Shown here: positions 6,911-11,064 of the stretch, piece by piece | Layout: each line of letters starts with the position of its first letter | Position numbering within the stretch: position 1 is the first letter of the stretch | Assembly: GCA_038042445.1 (NCBI GenBank) | Contig: JBBTED010000083.1 | Location: 1 to 11,064, forward strand | DNA: 11,064 nucleotides | Direction: 5' to 3' | Origin: Candidatus Firestoneibacteriota bacterium | GTDB taxonomy: Bacteria > Oederibacteriota > D2-FULL-39-29 > JBBTED01 | The notes under the pieces: generated by a model | Told to the model about the DNA's origin: nothing | The model's database searches: none | What the model saw: only the letters and a program-made list of their open reading frames with translations | Program-made: the position numbers and the translations under genes

Positions 6911-9900
6911 ATGAGGAATAAATTAAAAGTAGTTAGTGTTGTTGTATTATTGGCATTTGGTATTGTTTGGGCTGAGGAGAATACGTTTAAAATAGACAAT
7001 GGAGGATTTGAAGGGGAATTATGGAATTACGATAATAATTTACCAGCAAAAGGATGGCGATGGAATATAGATAAAGATGTGCTTTTTGATATAATAGAAA
7101 GAGATACAAAAATCAAGAAAGAAGGAGAAAGTTCATTACATCTTAAAGATACAAACACAGGAAAAACAAATGAAGGAATTTATTACCAATTAAATCGGGA
7201 AGAAAGCCAGTCATGTCTTGGAAAAACTGTTAGGTTGACTGGTTGGATAAAACAAATTATCGCTAAACCTGCAAAAGGAGTACGTATTGGTATTTCAGTA
7301 CTGACTACTTCTAAGAATTGGATAAATGAATTTACATATCCTGAAATTGAAGATGAAACAGATTGGACACAATATTCTGTAACTTTTAAAGTTCCAGATG
7401 ATATTGTAGCATTCAGAGTATTTGTATATTGTGCACTTGGATGGGGTTCAACTGGAGAAGCATATTTTGATGATTTGAAATTAACAATTTTAGACGCGGC
7501 AAAAATTGATGGACAGAAAGAAAATGTCATTACAAGTGATGTAGTTGCCGATTCATCGGCAAAAAACGAAACAATCTTAACACAAGCAGGCAGTCATTTC
7601 TATGTTTTTGATGATGCATTAAGACCAAATTGGATAAGAACAGGATGGGGTGGAATAATTTTAGATGAGACAGATTTAACAGCATACTCAGGAAAAAGAG
7701 GGATAAGAATTAAACCACAGGCAAATGCAAATGCATTATGTGGATTTAGATTTATAACGGATAGCAAAAACAGGATGCCTGATATGTTAGATTATTCTGC
7801 TAATAATGGCTGGTTAGAATTTGTAATAAAACCAGTACAGAAATTACAAATTAGTTTAACAAATAATGAAAAAACCTTTGTTTTTGTTTCTATGGAGAAA
7901 TATTTGCAACCATTAAAAGATAGTTGGTATAAAGCTAAAATACCATTAGAAGTTTTAACAAAAGGAGCATCACTTGATAAATTCAGTGGAATTTATTTTC
8001 AATTTTTAGAAAAGCCGAGTTCAGAGCAGATAGAACTTGATGAAGTCGCAATTGTTTCTGATAAAAACCTTCCAGAGCCAAAAGCACAATTAGATAAAAC
8101 TATAGAGAAATCACTAAAGAATATAATTGGAGAAAAAAAAGTTTGGACACAGGATAAATTTGAAAGGCCAGAAATAAGAAATGGAACTTTTTATATAAGA
8201 GAAGAGCCACATTTTTATATAGGGCCTTTTCACAATGATAGCGATATTGATTTTAAAGGTGAAAAATCAAAACGTGAAGGATACGGCAATATAAAATATT
8301 ATGATGAGCTTTTAACAGATAAGACGGCGAAAGAAATTGGTTTTACTTCTTTACAGTTAAGTTCTACGCCGATTGCACCTATGTTTTTGAAATATGATTT
8401 ACCAATAGGAACAGGAATATTGGATAAAGCTTTTTTTTATCCGGGTTTTTTAAAAGGGCTAAATGGAATGCCATTTGTTATTGACTATGCGAATATTGGG
8501 CTTTGGGATGGTTTGCCTGAAAACAAATTAGCCATTATAATAAAAGAAGGAAAATATACAAATGAAATTTTGCAGCAAAATACTGACTGGCATCAGTTTA
8601 TCCCTCTTTGCCCTGAACATCCAATTGGAATTGAAATTTATAAAGCATACTGGAGAACTGGAGCATATTTTACATTAAATAATTCCGGCAATCCATTTAT
8701 TTATGAATTAATTAATGAATCTGGATATAACTGTAGTTGTAAATATAATCGCGAGGAATTTGCAAAGCGAATGGAAGTAAGATATAAAACAATAGAAAAA
8801 GCAAATGGAATATGGGATGCAAAATTTTCTTCTTTTGCAGAAGCATCAGGTGTTGAAAAATTCGAAGAATATTTAGGGGTTTGGGTTGACTGGGCAAAAT
8901 TTATGGGAGACAGATATGTAGAATTTTTAAAAACCGGAATAAATGCAATCAGGGAAATAGACAAAAGAGAAAATATATATTTTACAGAACAGCCGGCAAT
9001 ATTCAATTTTAATTCTCCCAGAGGTGCAACATTAAATTACAAAAAAATTGCTGATTTGCTTGATGTAGTATGTATAGAAGGTGGAGTTCAATTTGGATAT
9101 TTTGAACCCGACAAAAATTCATCTGATATGGAAGCAGTATTAAATCAAAAAAACATTACGGGTATGTTATATCTTGATATGGCAACAGCATTAGCAAAAG
9201 GAAAACCAGTAATAAATAATGAATTATATTGTGGAAGATTTGCGAATAAATTACGTGTTCCAACAAAACGGGAGGATTTTATAACATCACTTTGGAGTGA
9301 AGTAATACATGGAAGTTCAGCTTCTTTTTTTTATTCATGGGATAAACGTTCATTTGACTGGAGAACTTTTGAAGAAGCAAAGAAAAATGTTCTTTATGGA
9401 GGATGGAGAGCTTTTTCAATGCTTAATCCTTATTCATATCCACCTGAGTCTCATAAAGGTATAAAAGACTTTGAGACAGAAATAGGGAAATTATCCAAAA
9501 TTGTTTTACCATACCCTCGTATAAAAGGAACTGTTGCATTGCTTTTTTCGTATCCAACTTTAAGAGCTTCAGCAATAACCCAGTTAGATACAGCAAAATT
9601 AATCATAGATTATTATTCTTCATTGTTATTTTTACATTATCCTATAGAAATTCTTTATGAAGAGGATTTAGTCAACACTGATTTAACAAAATATCAGGCA
9701 CTAATAATACCATTTATAGATAATTCCTATCCAGAAACTCTTTCCATAGTGAAATCTTATGCAGGAAAAGGTGGGATTGTTTTATGTAATACAGGAGCAT
9801 TTGATGCAGATGAATATGGTAAACCAATTAATTATAATGAATTACTCGGATTAAGAAAAGAGAAAATAGTTTCTTGTGATGATAAATTTGTAGCTGCAGA

Positions 9901-11064
9901 GCAAGGCTCTGCTATTAATAATACAATAGAAATTCCAATAAAAATTAATTATGAAATAATAACAACAACAGCAGAAGTATTATTGAGGACAAAAAACGGT
10001 AAAAACCTTCTTTTAAAAAAAGAAATCGGTAAAGGAAAAGTATATTATGTATCTGCTGATATGGAAACAGATGGAATTACTGCAATTTTGCCCAAGGTTT
10101 TAGAAAATGTCAAGAAATATGGTGAAGTAATCAATGAAAGTGGATATACAATTAGTAATACAGAATTTCAGATGTTAGACAGAGGTGAGACAAAATTGCT
10201 ATATTTAGTTGATTGGGATAATATTTCAAAATTTGCATTACTTAAATTATATAATACACCAGAAAAGGATTTTTATATTTGTGACCCAATAAAAGAAGAA
10301 ATTTATCTAAGCAAAAAAGGAAAGAAACAATGGACAAAGGACGAAGCAAAAAATGGAATATCAGTGATATTGCCAACACAAGTAAGAGTGGTTCTGTTAG
10401 CACAAGAGCAAGAGCCAAAAGGTTGTAAGGAAATAAGCATAGATGAGTTAAAATTAAGGTTTGATAAGATTGCAAAAACTGAAGTAATAGAGTCTGAGGT
10501 GCAAAAAAAAGAGCAAGAAGAAATCAACAAGCAAAAACTACAAGCAAGAAAATATGAAGGAGTAATAGCAGAAAAATGTTTTTCTGTAGATTTAACAAAA
10601 TATGTAAATATGGGATTTAAGGATGAAATAGATGGAGATAAGAAAGGTGGCTGGTTTGATCAGGGAAGTAATGATTTAAGGAATATGGTTCTTGGAAAAC
10701 AAGTTTTAGGAGGAGTTCCATTTGAAATCATAGATCCAGATAAAAACAATGGCAAATCCTGTATAATCTTATCTGGAGGTCCAAGACAATACTTTCCTGA
10801 TAAGATAACAGATATAAGTGTTAATAAAAAAGCAAACAAATTTTATTTTTTGCATACTATCGGCTGGGGAACAGCAGGAACATTATTTAGTTATGTAGTG
10901 CATTATGAAAACGGAGATGTTGTAGAAATACCTGTAGATAATGACAGTGAAGTTTCTGGATGGTGGGATCCAAAAGAAATTCCAAATGCCAAAATAGCAT
11001 TTGAGACAAATAATCTTGTAAGCAGTAATGTAGGACTATATTGTCACCTCTGGAAAAATCCGAA
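6911..11064 (+). CDS. Large secreted multimodular GH42-like (clan GH-A) glycoside hydrolase, 3' truncated (>1384 aa)
   Basis: Read manually; absent from the ORF track because it has no stop in the window. RBS GGGAGGGG, then signal peptide MRNKLKVVSVVVLLAFGIVWA|EE. CBM4/9-like NGGFE...DWTQYSVTFKVP...AYFDDLKL. GH42-like YELINESGYNCSC...RYKTIEKANGIW and KPVINNE. Trimerisation-like DLTKYQALIIP...GGIVL. C-terminal module VDL..YVNMGFKDE..GDKKGGWFDQGSNDLR. Confidence 0.85.
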   Translation, partial: MRNKLKVVSVVVLLAFGIVWAEENTFKIDNGGFEGELWNYDNNLPAKGWRWNIDKDVLFDIIERDTKIKKEGESSLHLKDTNTGKTNEGIYYQLNREESQSCLGKTVRLTGWIKQIIAKPAKGVRIGISVLTTSKNWINEFTYPEIEDETDWTQYSVTFKVPDDIVAFRVFVYCALGWGSTGEAYFDDLKLTILDAAKIDGQKENVITSDVVADSSAKNETILTQAGSHFYVFDDALRPNWIRTGWGGIILDETDLTAYSGKRGIRIKPQANANALCGFRFITDSKNRMPDMLDYSANNGWLEFVIKPVQKLQISLTNNEKTFVFVSMEKYLQPLKDSWYKAKIPLEVLTKGASLDKFSGIYFQFLEKPSSEQIELDEVAIVSDKNLPEPKAQLDKTIEKSLKNIIGEKKVWTQDKFERPEIRNGTFYIREEPHFYIGPFHNDSDIDFKGEKSKREGYGNIKYYDELLTDKTAKEIGFTSLQLSSTPIAPMFLKYDLPIGTGILDKAFFYPGFLKGLNGMPFVIDYANIGLWDGLPENKLAIIIKEGKYTNEILQQNTDWHQFIPLCPEHPIGIEIYKAYWRTGAYFTLNNSGNPFIYELINESGYNCSCKYNREEFAKRMEVRYKTIEKANGIWDAKFSSFAEASGVEKFEEYLGVWVDWAKFMGDRYVEFLKTGINAIREIDKRENIYFTEQPAIFNFNSPRGATLNYKKIADLLDVVCIEGGVQFGYFEPDKNSSDMEAVLNQKNITGMLYLDMATALAKGKPVINNELYCGRFANKLRVPTKREDFITSLWSEVIHGSSASFFYSWDKRSFDWRTFEEAKKNVLYGGWRAFSMLNPYSYPPESHKGIKDFETEIGKLSKIVLPYPRIKGTVALLFSYPTLRASAITQLDTAKLIIDYYSSLLFLHYPIEILYEEDLVNTDLTKYQALIIPFIDNSYPETLSIVKSYAGKGGIVLCNTGAFDADEYGKPINYNELLGLRKEKIVSCDDKFVAAEQGSAINNTIEIPIKINYEIITTTAEVLLRTKNGKNLLLKKEIGKGKVYYVSADMETDGITAILPKVLENVKKYGEVINESGYTISNTEFQMLDRGETKLLYLVDWDNISKFALLKLYNTPEKDFYICDPIKEEIYLSKKGKKQWTKDEAKNGISVILPTQVRVVLLAQEQEPKGCKEISIDELKLRFDKIAKTEVIESEVQKKEQEEINKQKLQARKYEGVIAEKCFSVDLTKYVNMGFKDEIDGDKKGGWFDQGSNDLRNMVLGKQVLGGVPFEIIDPDKNNGKSCIILSGGPRQYFPDKITDISVNKKANKFYFLHTIGWGTAGTLFSYVVHYENGDVVEIPVDNDSEVSGWWDPKEIPNAKIAFETNNLVSSNVGLYCHLWKNP

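Noticed and set aside
6757..10530. Minus-strand ORFs at 6757-6999, 7183-7530, 8701-9006, 8712-8897, 10242-10475 and 10303-10530
   Set aside because: All are antisense to E1 beta or to the continuous + strand GH42-like ORF that the track omitted.
1..11064. CRISPR array, tRNA/rRNA, transposase, or TPP riboswitch near the ThDP enzymes
   Set aside because: I saw no regularly spaced repeats, RNA-gene signatures or transposase motifs. The CTGAG at 5818 is part of the inverted repeat and lacks the rest of the TPP aptamer.

Overview
AT-rich bacterial window with every real gene on the + strand. It opens with the 3' end of hflX, overlapped by an AraC-family regulator. A near-consensus sigma70 promoter then precedes an apparent carbohydrate-utilisation operon with five genes: a cytoplasmic clan GH-D (GH36/GH31-like) glycosidase, a bicupin, a ThDP-dependent E1 alpha/beta pair (AcoAB/PdhAB-like) with no adjacent E2/E3, and a very large (>1384 aa) secreted modular GH42-like glycosidase. 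The last gene runs off the window and is missing from the ORF track. Three unrelated palindromic REP-like elements sit at gene junctions. The most interesting signal is the glycosidase + bicupin + E1-only cassette with altered active-site motifs, which may be an undescribed sugar-catabolic pathway (inference, untested).
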